Source of the DNA: Parcubacteria group bacterium
GTDB lineage: Bacteria > Patescibacteriota > Minisyncoccia > 2-02-FULL-40-12
Direction of reading: 5' to 3'
NCBI GenBank assembly: GCA_016186395.1
Contig: JACPLU010000003.1
Span: forward strand, 76,289-140,288
DNA length: 64,000 nucleotides
The position numbers and the translations under genes are program-made. Below the pieces are notes generated by a model, which was not told the DNA's origin, did not search any database, and saw only the letters and a list, made by a program, of their open reading frames with translations. This document shows positions 20,400 to 30,747 of this stretch, one piece after another. How positions within the stretch are numbered: position 1 is the stretch's first letter; the number at the start of each line of letters is the position of its first letter.

Positions 20400-20613
20400 A
20401 ATACTAGGGTTTTCTTATTGTTGTGTCAATGTTTGACATATTTTAAGCTTTTGATATATTTATGAAATTAGTGCCGAAGACGGCGAGTTGCCCTAAAAGC
20501 ATAAATCTCGTTTAGGTCGAAAATCAATCAAAAGATTGATTTGGGTTTATTATGGTTGACGGCTTATTAGGCCGTCGTTTTATTAGCAAATCTGCAGGTA
20601 TGAGGGTGATCAT
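20400..20613 (+). promoter_or_regulatory. candidate ribosomal L10 leader (autoregulatory 5' UTR)
   Basis: Hairpins GCCG-AAGA-CGGC and AATCAATC-AAAAG-ATTGATTT, then GACGGC-TTATTAG-GCCGTC followed by GTTTT directly before rplJ, which is attenuator-like. Confidence 0.35.
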
Positions 20614-21186
20614 TTGTATCATTCGAATGCATTTGTAGATTGGCATTATATTTTGGCAAAGTCAAAACAAAGGAAACAAGAAGAATTAAGCGTTTTTTCT
20701 AAGAAATTAAAAGACGCAAAAATGGTTTTATTTACATCTTTTGCTGAACAGTCCAAGAAGGGGATTAATGTGGCAAATATGAGAAAGCTAAAAAGGGGAC
20801 TGCGAAACTTAGATTCAGAGTATGTGGTTATTAAAAAAACTCTGGCCAAAAAAGCATTTGATGATGTTACAAAGGATATCCAGATAGATACTAAAAAACT
20901 TTCAGGTTCGGTTGGTTTTATTTTGGGTTTTGGCGATCAAATAGCGCCGACTCAATTTATATATAAATTTTCAAGAGAAAACGAAGCATTGAAAATTTTG
21001 GGTGGTCTTTTAGACACTAAGATACTTTCAGGCAAAGAGGTTATTGAACTTGCTAAATTACCGGGTAGAGAAGTTATTTTAGCTCAACTAGCCTGTACAA
21101 TTAAAGCACCGTTACAGGGTTTGCATAATGTATTACAAGCCAATCTAAAGAATCTTGTTGTGGTTTTGGGTCAAATTAGAAAATAA
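20614..21186 (+). CDS. rplJ: 50S ribosomal protein L10; true start probably downstream of the annotated ATG
   Basis: L10 family similarity from ~residue 15. Followed by rplL. Confidence 0.8.
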   Translation: MYHSNAFVDWHYILAKSKQRKQEELSVFSKKLKDAKMVLFTSFAEQSKKGINVANMRKLKRGLRNLDSEYVVIKKTLAKKAFDDVTKDIQIDTKKLSGSVGFILGFGDQIAPTQFIYKFSRENEALKILGGLLDTKILSGKEVIELAKLPGREVILAQLACTIKAPLQGLHNVLQANLKNLVVVLGQIRK

Positions 21187-21194
21187 TCCGATTC

Positions 21195-21267
21195 TAATAT
21201 ACGAATTAATGCGAATGATACGAATAATATTTGTATAATTAGTATGTATTAGTATATTGGTATCGCG
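21195..21267. repeat. palindromic intergenic element, family A copy 2
   Basis: CTAATATACGAATTAATGCGAATGATACGAAT...ATAATTAGTATGTATTAGTATATTGGTATCGCG. It ends 5 nt before the rplL ATG. Confidence 0.8.
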
Positions 21268-21272
21268 AATAA

Positions 21273-21653
21273 ATGGATGAAAAATTTAATGATCTTTTAT
21301 CAAAGATTGAATCAATGACAGTATTAGAGCTTTCACAGTTTGTTAAAGCTCTTGAAGAAAAGTTCGGCGTATCTGCCGCGGCATTTACTATGCCAATGGC
21401 TGGTGGCGGAGGCGCATCAGAAGATGTTAAGGCAGAAGAAAAATCTACTTTCAATGTAGTCTTAAATTCTACAGGTGATAATAAAATTCAGGTCATTAAG
21501 ACAGTTAAAGAAGTTACTGGTCTTGGTCTGAAGGAAGCTAAGGATTTAGTTGACGGAGCACCTAAGGCCGTAAGGGAGAACGTTTCAAAGACCGAGGCAG
21601 ATGAGGTAAAATCAAAATTGGAAGCCGCTGGAGCGAGTGTGGAACTTAAATAG
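21273..21653 (+). CDS. rplL: 50S ribosomal protein L7/L12
   Basis: Ala/Gly hinge [14 protein letters not shown] plus C-terminal [18 protein letters not shown]. Confidence 0.93.
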   Translation: MDEKFNDLLSKIESMTVLELSQFVKALEEKFGVSAAAFTMPMAGGGGASEDVKAEEKSTFNVVLNSTGDNKIQVIKTVKEVTGLGLKEAKDLVDGAPKAVRENVSKTEADEVKSKLEAAGASVELK

Positions 21654-21740
21654 AATATTTAAGCGAGACCCTGAGGTACTCGAAGAGTTAAACTCAAGTA
21701 GTTACGACATAATCTAAAAAAGAATCCTTTGGGGTCTTTT

Positions 21741-23654
21741 TTAGATTTCTATAGTCAGTTTCCAAAGTTTTTCTTTAGAGAGAATATAAATATTTTTTGT
21801 TAGTGGATCAAAGTATGTGTTGAGAATTTCGCCTGTGTCAGATAAATCCCAGGTTCTTTGTAGTATACCAGTTGAATTCATTAGTCTCGCCTTTTTTTGT
21901 TCTCTGTCAACTAAAATGAAGTCTGCGCCGATTGGATAGAGGACGCTGTTGTTTGAATAACTGAAATCTACTGGTCTGTCATCTATTTTGTCTCCTTTAA
22001 AGTAGCGGAGTAAACGACCGTCTTTTGTTAGAACAAATATATTTTGATCAACAGTGAAAGATACTGCGTCGAATTCACCTTCGTTCTTAAGCCATTTTTG
22101 TTGTTGAGTCTGCCCTTTGGTGACATCAGATACTTTGGAAATAGTGGAAGTTAAGATATAAACATTTTCTTGATAAAAGCGCATGTCTCTGGGAATCTCG
22201 TTGCTTGTTATAGTTAAAGAAGAGATGGTTTTTTGGGCAGGACTTACTTTCCAGAAAAGTTTTTGCCCATCATAAAAGTATAACAATTTATCATAAATAG
22301 CTGATATTTTTATAGGGTTTTCAAGGTTAATTTTCAAAAGATCATTAAATTTTTGTGACGTTGAATCAAGTTTTTTTATCAACCCGTCTAATCCTAACAT
22401 GAAGGTTCCGTCTTCATTGGATAGAGTGAGACCTTCACTGATTGGTTCGGGAAGTTCTGCGATGAGCTCCGGCTTTTTAGAGTCAAAGAATTCTGTAGCC
22501 ACAACTTTTTCTTGTACGGAATTAATTAAATTGATTTTTTCTTCGCCGTCATTAATTCCGAAAGCGGCTGTGAGTGCTTGACCTAAATACTCCCGTGCTT
22601 TTTTGTTATTACCCAAAGCTATTTCTGACTCGGAAAGTTTTACGATTTCTTCTATCTTGGCTGTGGCTTTTTTTAGATCTGCTTTTTTTTGTTGGCTTGA
22701 GATTAGCCCTCTAACGCTGAAGAATACTATTATTACTATAAGTATTCCTAAGCCCATTAATGTCCTTTTTCCAGGAATACGTAGTTTTTTTGTTGAAAAG
22801 GGCATTGTTCTTGCTAGTGAGGCGCCTAATTTTTTAAAAAGGTCTTTTTTAGGAATTCTTGATATTTCTGCAGGATTTGGAGTTGCCAGGTCCATAATAG
22901 TTGGGGGTTCCTTTTTTTCTTCTTTGGTCAAAAGTACCTGTGGTTGATCCGGTGCTGGTATTATTTCTTTTTCTTCTTTTGATAGATTGATATGTATTGC
23001 ACAACAGGTGAGAGGACTTTTGGTAGCATCTTCTTCCGGCTGGTTTAGATTTTTAATATATTCAAAAAATTCTTCCTGGCCCATTTTTACAAGTGAAGCC
23101 TTAAGAGAGTTTTCGCGGGCGCTTAGGCGGCGGTTGGGTATAAAGAATAAAAGTTTATCGCTTTCTTGTATTTTCCCGGAAATGATATTTGAAAACTCTC
23201 TTTCACCGGTTGTAGTTTTTCCGAATAGATCAACGTTTGAAAATACATCGGTTGTATTTCCTTCTCTTGCGAGAAGAAGTTTGGCCCGTCCGACGCGCGA
23301 AGTCATTAGTTTATCGCCTGCTAAAACTGTAATGGCCATATTGAGTTTAACATTATTATTTTCTGCAAGGTCGAAGGTTAGTTCATTGGCCTTTTTTAGC
23401 GCTCTTTCAAATTGGGTTTGAGGGTCTGGGTCGTCTCCGGCGGTTTCAAAATATTCTCTTTTAAGAAAAGAAGCCAGAAGGTTTGGGACATAAGAAAGAG
23501 CTTCGTCATCGGTCAGCACTTGAGCTACAACAAATAGGTGGCCCAATTCAGGGTTTTTGTCAAAAGGATAGTGAAAGACCTCAAAAAAGGTGGTGTCTGA
23601 TTTTGGGCCAATAAGGATTTCTCGAGCTATTGGAGAAAGAAAGTTTTTAGTCAT
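21741..23654 (-). CDS. hypothetical 637-aa membrane-anchored protein with a C-terminal beta-repeat region
   Basis: One central TM (GLGILIVIIVFF). The C-terminal half has repeated beta-strand-like motifs. The N-terminal half is possibly PP2C/SpoIIE-like, which is weak. Confidence 0.5.
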   Translation of the reverse strand: MTKNFLSPIAREILIGPKSDTTFFEVFHYPFDKNPELGHLFVVAQVLTDDEALSYVPNLLASFLKREYFETAGDDPDPQTQFERALKKANELTFDLAENNNVKLNMAITVLAGDKLMTSRVGRAKLLLAREGNTTDVFSNVDLFGKTTTGEREFSNIISGKIQESDKLLFFIPNRRLSARENSLKASLVKMGQEEFFEYIKNLNQPEEDATKSPLTCCAIHINLSKEEKEIIPAPDQPQVLLTKEEKKEPPTIMDLATPNPAEISRIPKKDLFKKLGASLARTMPFSTKKLRIPGKRTLMGLGILIVIIVFFSVRGLISSQQKKADLKKATAKIEEIVKLSESEIALGNNKKAREYLGQALTAAFGINDGEEKINLINSVQEKVVATEFFDSKKPELIAELPEPISEGLTLSNEDGTFMLGLDGLIKKLDSTSQKFNDLLKINLENPIKISAIYDKLLYFYDGQKLFWKVSPAQKTISSLTITSNEIPRDMRFYQENVYILTSTISKVSDVTKGQTQQQKWLKNEGEFDAVSFTVDQNIFVLTKDGRLLRYFKGDKIDDRPVDFSYSNNSVLYPIGADFILVDREQKKARLMNSTGILQRTWDLSDTGEILNTYFDPLTKNIYILSKEKLWKLTIEI

Positions 23655-23702
23655 GCGAAATTAGTTGCAATTTCTGCCTCTTTTATTATATAGTAGGCTC
23701 AA

Positions 23703-23915
23703 ATGGCTAAGCAAGTTCTCGAAGGTTTATTTGATTCTAAGGTTCGGGTTAGGGTTTTGCGTTTCTTATTCCGTAATTTCCCGGGTTTTTTTACCGTTAT
23801 AGCTATTGCTAGGCACTCACAATCTAGTACAAGAGAGGTAAAACGAGAATTGGCAAGATTGGGAGAAATTGGTCTTGTAAAGATTAAGACCCTAAAAGTT
23901 AGAAGCTCAAGATAA
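23703..23915 (+). CDS. small winged-helix-like protein
   Basis: 70-aa ORF with a basic, helix-rich sequence. Confidence 0.35.
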   Translation: MAKQVLEGLFDSKVRVRVLRFLFRNFPGFFTVIAIARHSQSSTREVKRELARLGEIGLVKIKTLKVRSSR

Positions 23916-23935
23916 CTAAGCTTCTGAATTCAACT

Positions 23936-24565
23936 ATGATAAAAATTAAATCAAAACGCAAGAGGAAAACTCGAATCAACAAATTATCTTCTAAAAGAAG
24001 GAAGTTCAGAAAGTTAAGAAAAAACAAAATGCATTCAAGAAAAGTCAGAAAAGGAAAAGTAAAAAACAAAAAGAAACAGTTGAAAATACAGAGATTGTTG
24101 AAAAAAGAAAGTTTCAAAAGAGTTAAACCAAAGAAATCTAAAAAAAGACGTATCAAATTTAAAAAGAAAATAAGTTTTAAATCTATTTCTCGTTATGGGC
24201 TAAATTCAAATTTTATATTTTTCGATGAATTAAGAAATTTAGTTCTCAAATCATCGCCTTCTTCAAGAAGCAAAATGATTAAAAGAATTACAAGTTTAGG
24301 CAGAGTAAAGCTTGCAGTTGTGTCTGGGATATTTTTAAATCTTGAAACTCCTGCAGCCGCTGATCTTTTAGTCGTTGGGGAGGATATAGATAGAAGGAGA
24401 CTAAGAACCTTTCTTAGAGATTTAGAGTCTGAAGTTGGTACAGAAGTTGCTTTCTCTTTAATGGATGGAGAAGAATTTGAATATCGTCGTCGGATGTTTG
24501 ATCGATTTTTACGTGTACTATTAGAGGGTCCACATGAAGTGTTAATAGATAAGATTGGTCTTTAA
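23936..24565 (+). CDS. protein with ~100-aa poly-Lys/Arg N-terminus and a conserved-looking C-terminal domain
   Basis: KRKRKTRINKLSSKRRKFRKLRKNK...; C-terminus AVVSGIFLNLETPAAADLLVVGEDID.... Confidence 0.45.
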   Translation: MIKIKSKRKRKTRINKLSSKRRKFRKLRKNKMHSRKVRKGKVKNKKKQLKIQRLLKKESFKRVKPKKSKKRRIKFKKKISFKSISRYGLNSNFIFFDELRNLVLKSSPSSRSKMIKRITSLGRVKLAVVSGIFLNLETPAAADLLVVGEDIDRRRLRTFLRDLESEVGTEVAFSLMDGEEFEYRRRMFDRFLRVLLEGPHEVLIDKIGL

Positions 24566-24573
24566 TATTATTT

Positions 24574-24645
24574 GCACCCTTAGCTCAGTGGTAGAGCGTT
24601 CGATTCACATTCGAAAGGCCGTAGGTCCAATCCCTACAGGGTGCA
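24574..24645 (+). tRNA. tRNA-Val (anticodon CAC)
   Basis: Acceptor GCACCCT/AGGGTGC, D arm GCTC-AGTGGTA-GAGC, anticodon arm TTCGA-TTCACAT-TCGAA, T arm GTAGG-TCCAATC-CCTAC. Confidence 0.92.
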
Positions 24646-24865
24646 TCACGTAGTTTTTTGTAACGTGGTACAGATTGTATGTAGTCCGCCAAGATACCGG
24701 CGGACATGTCCTACCTGATTTTTTAACAGCAGGCCGTGCTTACGCACAGGGCCAGTCTAAAATCAGGGATCAAAACAAAGCAGTTTGTTTTGATCGCTTA
24801 GTGCGCCCACTAAAAAGGAATTTTGTTAGTTTTTATCTGGACAATGTTAGAGTTATAATTTAGCT

Positions 24866-25564
24866 ATGGCTAGAAGAGATAAATTTAAAGAGACTCTAGA
24901 ATTTAATGCTTCTGAAACTAGAAGGTTTCAAATACAAGAGTCGGAAGATAGTTTTAGAGAATTGTTAGCTGAACATCTTAGAGTGCCATCTGATCGGCAA
25001 GATTTGATTAATTTGTCACATGGATTATTGGAACTTGCGAAAAGTATAGACCGGATAATAGATTATTTACAAAGAAAATTTACACTTATTTTAAAACACA
25101 ATGGTTTAGCTTTTTGGATTTATAAGAATACGCTTAGAGAAAATGAAATTATTATGCCGGATGGTCTGCGTCTTTTTGAGAGCCTTCAGTCCGATCTTAA
25201 AGACGGCGTTTTAGATGACCTTTTTGATGGTTGGCCAAGAGGAGGAGAGGCTAAAATATTAGGGTGGATTAAACATGCTTATATTGAAGAAAATTTAAAG
25301 CATTTATTTAGATATTTGTTACAGTCAGGAGTCAAATTTAGAGAATTACAAATTGTTAAAGACAGTTTGGAAAGAGAATTTGCTATATATATTGAATTCC
25401 AGCCTGATAAAAAAACAGTAGATACAACGCTTAAATTTGTTGAGAAAGAAACTAAGGAAAGTCAGGATGGAATTGAATCCCGACCTCGACCCAATAAACG
25501 AGAGGTAGACAAAATCCTAAAACTTGTTGAAAAAGAAACTAAAAATAGTGAAGATGCAAGCTGA
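24866..25564 (+). CDS. hypothetical protein
   Basis: 232-aa ORF. TATAAT lies 6 nt upstream of the ATG, which suggests a leaderless transcript. Confidence 0.45.
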   Translation: MARRDKFKETLEFNASETRRFQIQESEDSFRELLAEHLRVPSDRQDLINLSHGLLELAKSIDRIIDYLQRKFTLILKHNGLAFWIYKNTLRENEIIMPDGLRLFESLQSDLKDGVLDDLFDGWPRGGEAKILGWIKHAYIEENLKHLFRYLLQSGVKFRELQIVKDSLEREFAIYIEFQPDKKTVDTTLKFVEKETKESQDGIESRPRPNKREVDKILKLVEKETKNSEDAS

Positions 25565-25605
25565 ACTGATTTGAAAAATATATTTAAATGTGAGAAGATG
25601 ACGCC

Positions 25606-26766
25606 ATGAAAAGTCTTATTATTGTAGTTTTAGTTCTCTTGGGCTTAGGTACTGGTGTTTATTTACTCTCAACTTCTAAAACCAGTACTACTGTTACACC
25701 GGAAGCCACAATCTCTAATAATGACGGGTCAGGTTTATCTGATCTTATTGTTTTAGCATCAGAAGTTTTTATTAAGAACCCGGGAGATGCAGATTTTGTA
25801 AGGATTGAAAAGCAGGCCAAAATTAAAGAGGGTAGCGAGATTAAAACTTCTTCAACTGGCCGTGCTACTGTTCGTTTCCCAAATGGAACAATTTCTAATC
25901 TTACAAGGGATACCAGTATAATTTTAAAAGAACTTTCTACTGATGGTAATAAATCAAGAATTCAGATTTTAGCCGGTGGCATATGGTCAAAGATAGAAAA
26001 TATTTTAGGAAAAGGTGACGTGTATGAAATTGAGACAGAAAATATGGTGGCTTCGGTTAGGGGGACAATTTTTGCTTCTAAACTTATTGATCACATTTCC
26101 TCTATTTACGTGCTTGAGAATAAAGTTGGAGTAAAAGTTAAAAATCCAAAAACGAATGAAATACTTGAAGACGTTTTTAATTTTATTCAAGTTGAAGAAG
26201 GCGAAAAAACTTCAGTTAATACAAATAAACTTCCCACTAAAGCCAATCCCCTTAAAAAATCTTTAATTACAAAAGATGATCTTGATCAGGAATTGATTAA
26301 AGAAAATTTGGGAGGAGAATATCTTGAACGCGAGTCAATTCAAAAACTTTTTTTGAAATTAATTCAGGCCATAAGTCCAAATCCAACATCATCAAATAAC
26401 ACACTTAAGCCTTTAACCAGTTCCAGTGTTACCAGTTCACCATCTTCGGTCTTAATTCAGCCAGTTTCTACTCCAACCCCCACCCCCACCCCTGTTCCTA
26501 AGCCAGAGTCAACCATAGAGTCGGTTACCCCTGACATGATTGAGGCGTCAAGCGCTAGTGGGGCGGAGCTTGCCGTAAACGGCAGTAATCTTTTTGGGAC
26601 AAAAAAAGTTTTGTTAAATCAAATCAGTCTTGATTTTTTTGTTGTTGATACTTCTACAATTTTTGCTTCTCTGCCGGAAAATGTTGAGCCTGGCGTTTAT
26701 GATGTTTCAATTGTAACTTCTTCCAATAAAACATTAACTCTAAATCAAGCCCTCCAGGTTAGATGA
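25606..26766 (+). CDS. secreted/membrane-anchored FecR-like domain protein with Pro/Thr linker
   Basis: Signal/TM at the N-terminus. FecR-like beta region (ATVRFPNGTISNLTRDTSIILKEL). PTPTPTPVP linker. Confidence 0.5.
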   Translation: MKSLIIVVLVLLGLGTGVYLLSTSKTSTTVTPEATISNNDGSGLSDLIVLASEVFIKNPGDADFVRIEKQAKIKEGSEIKTSSTGRATVRFPNGTISNLTRDTSIILKELSTDGNKSRIQILAGGIWSKIENILGKGDVYEIETENMVASVRGTIFASKLIDHISSIYVLENKVGVKVKNPKTNEILEDVFNFIQVEEGEKTSVNTNKLPTKANPLKKSLITKDDLDQELIKENLGGEYLERESIQKLFLKLIQAISPNPTSSNNTLKPLTSSSVTSSPSSVLIQPVSTPTPTPTPVPKPESTIESVTPDMIEASSASGAELAVNGSNLFGTKKVLLNQISLDFFVVDTSTIFASLPENVEPGVYDVSIVTSSNKTLTLNQALQVR

Positions 26767-28709
26767 AATTAAAAAACAAAAAGCCAGCTTTTTTGATTGG
26801 ACTTTTTGTTGCGATATTGCTTAGCGCCATGTTTTTGGCAGGATTTTTGATGCCTTGGAGGGAAAAGTTGATTGATCTTTTATTTTCTAAACAAATGCCG
26901 CCGGATAACATTGTTCTTTTGGCGATAGACGATGAAAGTATCAGTAAAATTGGTCAATGGCCGTGGCCTCGTAAAGTTTTCGGAGAAATAATTCAAAAGC
27001 TGGGTTCAGCAGCGGTTATAGGTATAGATGTAAATTTTAAAGAACCGTCTTCTTTGGGCATTGAAGATGATTTAATTTTTTCTGAATCTTTAAAAAAGGC
27101 TTCAAAGTCTGTGGTTTTGTCTGCTCCTATAAATCAGGAAGGTGATATTGGTTATCCTATTAAGTTGCTAGCGGACGTTACCAGACAAGGATTTACAAAT
27201 ATTGATACTAGTTACGATGGCATAGCCAGAAGATTCAGGTTGAATATAAATAATTTAGACAGTTTTGCGTTTCAAGTTCATAAGTTATACGAAGAAAAGA
27301 TAAATAATACAGTACCAAGATTTTCTCAAGAAATGATACGCATTAAATATTATGGTTCTTCTGGTACATTTCAATCATTTTCTTTTTACGATATTTATAA
27401 AGATAAATTACCTGTTGAACTTTCAGAAGACATTTTTAAAGATAGAATCGTTTTAATTGGTGCAACAGCTCCGGATTTACACGATTATCATCAAACTCCG
27501 ATTGGAACTTTAAGCGGGGTTGAATTGCAGGCAAATGCAATTTCTACTCTAATTGAAGGAGCTATTTTTAGAACCAACAAACCGTTAGATTTATTTTTAA
27601 TAATATTTCTAGCTTTTCTTACTGTAACTTTAAGTTTTTATATTAAAAAGTTTTTTTCTTTAATTTTAAGTATTTTGGTTCTTCTAATAATCTTTAACTC
27701 GGCTATATTCCTATTGTTTGACGCATTTTTAATTGTTGATCTTCTTTATCCAAACGTTGCAATTATTTTGACTTTAGCGATTAGCGTGGTTTATCAGTAC
27801 TTTTCGACCAGAAAAGAAAAAAAACTTATTCAAGACTCTTTTTCTCGCTATCTTTCGCCGGTAGTTATAGACCAGATTCTTGAAGATCCGAGTAAATTAC
27901 GTTTAGGGGGTGAAAAAAGAGAATTAACTATTTTATTTTCGGATATCAGGAATTTTACAACTATTTCGGAATCTATGGATCCGGAGAGATTAACTCATTT
28001 TTTGAATCGTTATTTAACCGCAATGACGGAAATAGTTTTAGAAAATAACGGCTTGATAGATAAATATATTGGAGATGCAATCATGGCTTTTTGGGGCGCG
28101 CCTCTTTCAGACAAAGATCATATTTTAAATGCTCTTTTAACAGCAAAGAGAATGATTGATAAGCTGGAAGAGTTTAATCGTCAGAGTAAAGAAAAAAATG
28201 AACCAGAGATTCAAATAGGAATAGGAATTAATTCTGGACTTGCGACGGTCGGTAACTTGGGATCGGAAAACCGTTTTGACTATACGGCTATAGGGGATAG
28301 TGTAAATCTGGCTTCCCGATTGGAGGGATTAAATAAATTTTATGGAACTTCAATTATTGTAAGCGGAGCAACTTTTCAAGTTATTAGTCAGGTTCAAAAA
28401 ACAAATCACCGTTTACTATTTAGAGAAATTGATACCGTAAAAGTGAAAGGGAAAAAAGAAGCGATTAAAATTTTTGAGTTGATACCGGAAGCTAAACAAG
28501 AAAAAACGATTTCCATTATTAGTATTTTTGAAGCTGGTCTGAACTTTTATTATGAAGGTAGATGGCAGGAAGCAGTAGAAAACTTTAATCGTGTTTTAAA
28601 TAATCTTTCCGATGATGAACCGTCAATATTGCTTAAACAAAGATGTGAAGAATTTAGCAATAACCAACCTCAAAATTGGCAAGGGGTATTTGAACTGACA
28701 AATAAATAG
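26763..28709 (+). CDS. CHASE2-sensor class III adenylate/guanylate cyclase
   Basis: CHASE2 N-terminal domain (IVLLAIDDESISKIGQWPWPR). TM block. Cyclase core LTILFSDIRNFTTISE...IGDAIMAFWGAP...AIGDSVNLASRLE. Confidence 0.8.
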   Translation: MKLKNKKPAFLIGLFVAILLSAMFLAGFLMPWREKLIDLLFSKQMPPDNIVLLAIDDESISKIGQWPWPRKVFGEIIQKLGSAAVIGIDVNFKEPSSLGIEDDLIFSESLKKASKSVVLSAPINQEGDIGYPIKLLADVTRQGFTNIDTSYDGIARRFRLNINNLDSFAFQVHKLYEEKINNTVPRFSQEMIRIKYYGSSGTFQSFSFYDIYKDKLPVELSEDIFKDRIVLIGATAPDLHDYHQTPIGTLSGVELQANAISTLIEGAIFRTNKPLDLFLIIFLAFLTVTLSFYIKKFFSLILSILVLLIIFNSAIFLLFDAFLIVDLLYPNVAIILTLAISVVYQYFSTRKEKKLIQDSFSRYLSPVVIDQILEDPSKLRLGGEKRELTILFSDIRNFTTISESMDPERLTHFLNRYLTAMTEIVLENNGLIDKYIGDAIMAFWGAPLSDKDHILNALLTAKRMIDKLEEFNRQSKEKNEPEIQIGIGINSGLATVGNLGSENRFDYTAIGDSVNLASRLEGLNKFYGTSIIVSGATFQVISQVQKTNHRLLFREIDTVKVKGKKEAIKIFELIPEAKQEKTISIISIFEAGLNFYYEGRWQEAVENFNRVLNNLSDDEPSILLKQRCEEFSNNQPQNWQGVFELTNK

Positions 28710-28766
28710 CTTAGCTTAAGATATGGGTGGTCTTTTTAGTATCTCAAGTCGGAGTTATTTGATTGT

Positions 28767-28899
28767 GCTTGGCTTCTATGCATATTCGGCACGCAATTTT
28801 TCTCCAGCGTGAAAAATTGTTAAGTGAGAGTTTACTTTTCGCCTTTGGCGAACCATGCAAAGTAAACTCTCAATTACCTTATATGCATAGTAGCCAAGC
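28767..28899. repeat. structured repeat family C copy 1 (nested hairpins)
   Basis: Outer stem GCTTGGCTTCTATGCATAT/ATATGCATAGTAGCCAAGC. Inner stem GTGAGAGTTTACTTT/AAAGTAAACTCTCAA. Conserved core TTCGCCTTTGGCGAACCATGCA. Confidence 0.7.
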
Positions 28900-28984
28900 G
28901 CAGTTACTATTTGCGTTGACAGAATACCTCTAATCTGTTAATCTTTTATCGTTCCTTACAAATAGATTCTAATAGGAGGCCCGC

Positions 28985-29554
28985 GTGCGATCAGATGACG
29001 ATAAACTCGGGGTTTTGGTTTGCGGTTATGGGACGGATCTAACAGCTAATGGGTATTATTTATACTTTATCTTGTTTGAACTGATAAAGTTATCCAAACA
29101 ACACAAAGAAATAGTGGTTATTGCGAGTGGCGGGGAAACAAATAAAAAGTCTAGACCCGGTAAAACCGAAGCCGACATGATAGCAGATTATCTGGATAAA
29201 AATTTAGTATATCATGGGATAAATAATGTAAAGATTCTTAGAGAAAGAATTGCTTATACAATAAGGCAGAATCTGGAAGAATCTTCTCATGGTTTTAAAT
29301 TTGAATTTAGAATGCGGCATTTGCCAAGAAATATCGTTGTAATTTGTAAACAGAGTCATGTTCTGAAGGTGAAATTATTATCAAGTGCACTGTGGGGATT
29401 TATACCTAGGATAATTCATTTTGAGGAAAGGCTTAACTTTAAGGAGACTATAAAACAAAAGATTGCCGCATTTTTATCTTTAGCCGGAGTTTGGATACCC
29501 CCGATAGCCAATATGGAATTGGAACGAAAAGAAAGAATTATTAACGAATCATAA
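28985..29554 (+). CDS. DUF218 (YdcF/ElyC-like) domain protein
   Basis: GTG start; IVVIASGGETN core. Confidence 0.5.
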   Translation: MRSDDDKLGVLVCGYGTDLTANGYYLYFILFELIKLSKQHKEIVVIASGGETNKKSRPGKTEADMIADYLDKNLVYHGINNVKILRERIAYTIRQNLEESSHGFKFEFRMRHLPRNIVVICKQSHVLKVKLLSSALWGFIPRIIHFEERLNFKETIKQKIAAFLSLAGVWIPPIANMELERKERIINES

Positions 29555-29567
29555 AAAGGAGGAATTT

Positions 29568-30650
29568 ATGCAAGAACAAGTTTTAAGAGAAGGACTAGAA
29601 ATACTACAAAAAGATTCTGGATTTAGAACTAATAATCAGCCAGCTTATTTGGTTAAATCCGGTCCTGACAACTATAGAGCTTTGATACAAGATGGTTTTT
29701 GCAATGGACCCGAAGGCACGGAATTGTGTATAAAGTTATATTTAAGTTGCAATGAGTTAGAGGGAATAAATTTTACTGAAGTAGCTAAACAACATAGATT
29801 TTATAACCAATCTATTAGTCCCGTTAGTTACAAAGATTTAGTGGTCAGGTATCCGATTGTGTATAACGACGGTATTATGGTTAGACGTGATGTAATGTTT
29901 ACCTGGATGATAGAGCAAAGAATACCAGAAGGTTTAAGGCTGTTGCTTAATTATCCGGATTCCACTTTGGAAGAAAAAGTTCGGGTTGCAAAAGTTTATT
30001 GGCACACGGCGGTAAACTTTCCTCAAGTTTTTGAAACAGACCCTAGCGAGGCAACTACTGCCCAGGGTTATTTTATGGGGAAACTTAGAGAGTGGACTAA
30101 AATTGGAGAATATATAGCGCCCGAAGTTACAAAAAGAAGAGGTATGGTTCAAAAAGGAATTTTAAATAATATTGAAAGCCTGCCAATGTTTTGGTTCTTT
30201 AGATTGTTTCAAAATACCGACATAATTTTAGCTGACAACCGTGGTTATATGCTTGATTTTTACCCAGCACTTAAGCCAAAATACTTTGGAATTGCATGTT
30301 GGCTATGGGGCTGGTCGCTTTTTTGGTCAGTCAATAACAAGCTTAATCAACTCGGTATTTTGAACGAATGGGAATTGGAATTTGATAGTTGGATAAATAT
30401 CTTTTTTGGAGTTCAATTAGAGATAGCTAGAATAAGTACTGGGAATTTGCCGGTTTTTGAGGAAAATTATTTTAGATTCAGAAGGTTAATTTGGGCTAAT
30501 TTTTTGGAAAGAGTCTATGCTACCTTATGTGTTGATTTGCCGCTTAGGCGTTCACCATTTAATGATATAAATGATGATCAGGTTCGGAGTGTTCAAGAGT
30601 TTTGGCTTTCTATATTAAATAATGTTCTATTCAAATTGGGAGTTTCATAA
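29568..30650 (+). CDS. hypothetical protein
   Basis: 360-aa ORF with SD AGGAGG; no domain recognised. Confidence 0.45.
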   Translation: MQEQVLREGLEILQKDSGFRTNNQPAYLVKSGPDNYRALIQDGFCNGPEGTELCIKLYLSCNELEGINFTEVAKQHRFYNQSISPVSYKDLVVRYPIVYNDGIMVRRDVMFTWMIEQRIPEGLRLLLNYPDSTLEEKVRVAKVYWHTAVNFPQVFETDPSEATTAQGYFMGKLREWTKIGEYIAPEVTKRRGMVQKGILNNIESLPMFWFFRLFQNTDIILADNRGYMLDFYPALKPKYFGIACWLWGWSLFWSVNNKLNQLGILNEWELEFDSWINIFFGVQLEIARISTGNLPVFEENYFRFRRLIWANFLERVYATLCVDLPLRRSPFNDINDDQVRSVQEFWLSILNNVLFKLGVS

Positions 30651-30723
30651 TTAAGATTGTAGAATAAAGTCAGAATAGTAATTGTGCATAAACTGTTTAT
30701 CACTTGTTGGTTTCAAATAGTCT

Positions 30724-30747
30724 ATCGGCTTAAATGGCCGATTTTTT
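30724..30747 (+). terminator. intrinsic terminator upstream of the mraZ operon
   Basis: ATCGGC-TTAAATG-GCCGAT followed by TTTTTT. Confidence 0.65.
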
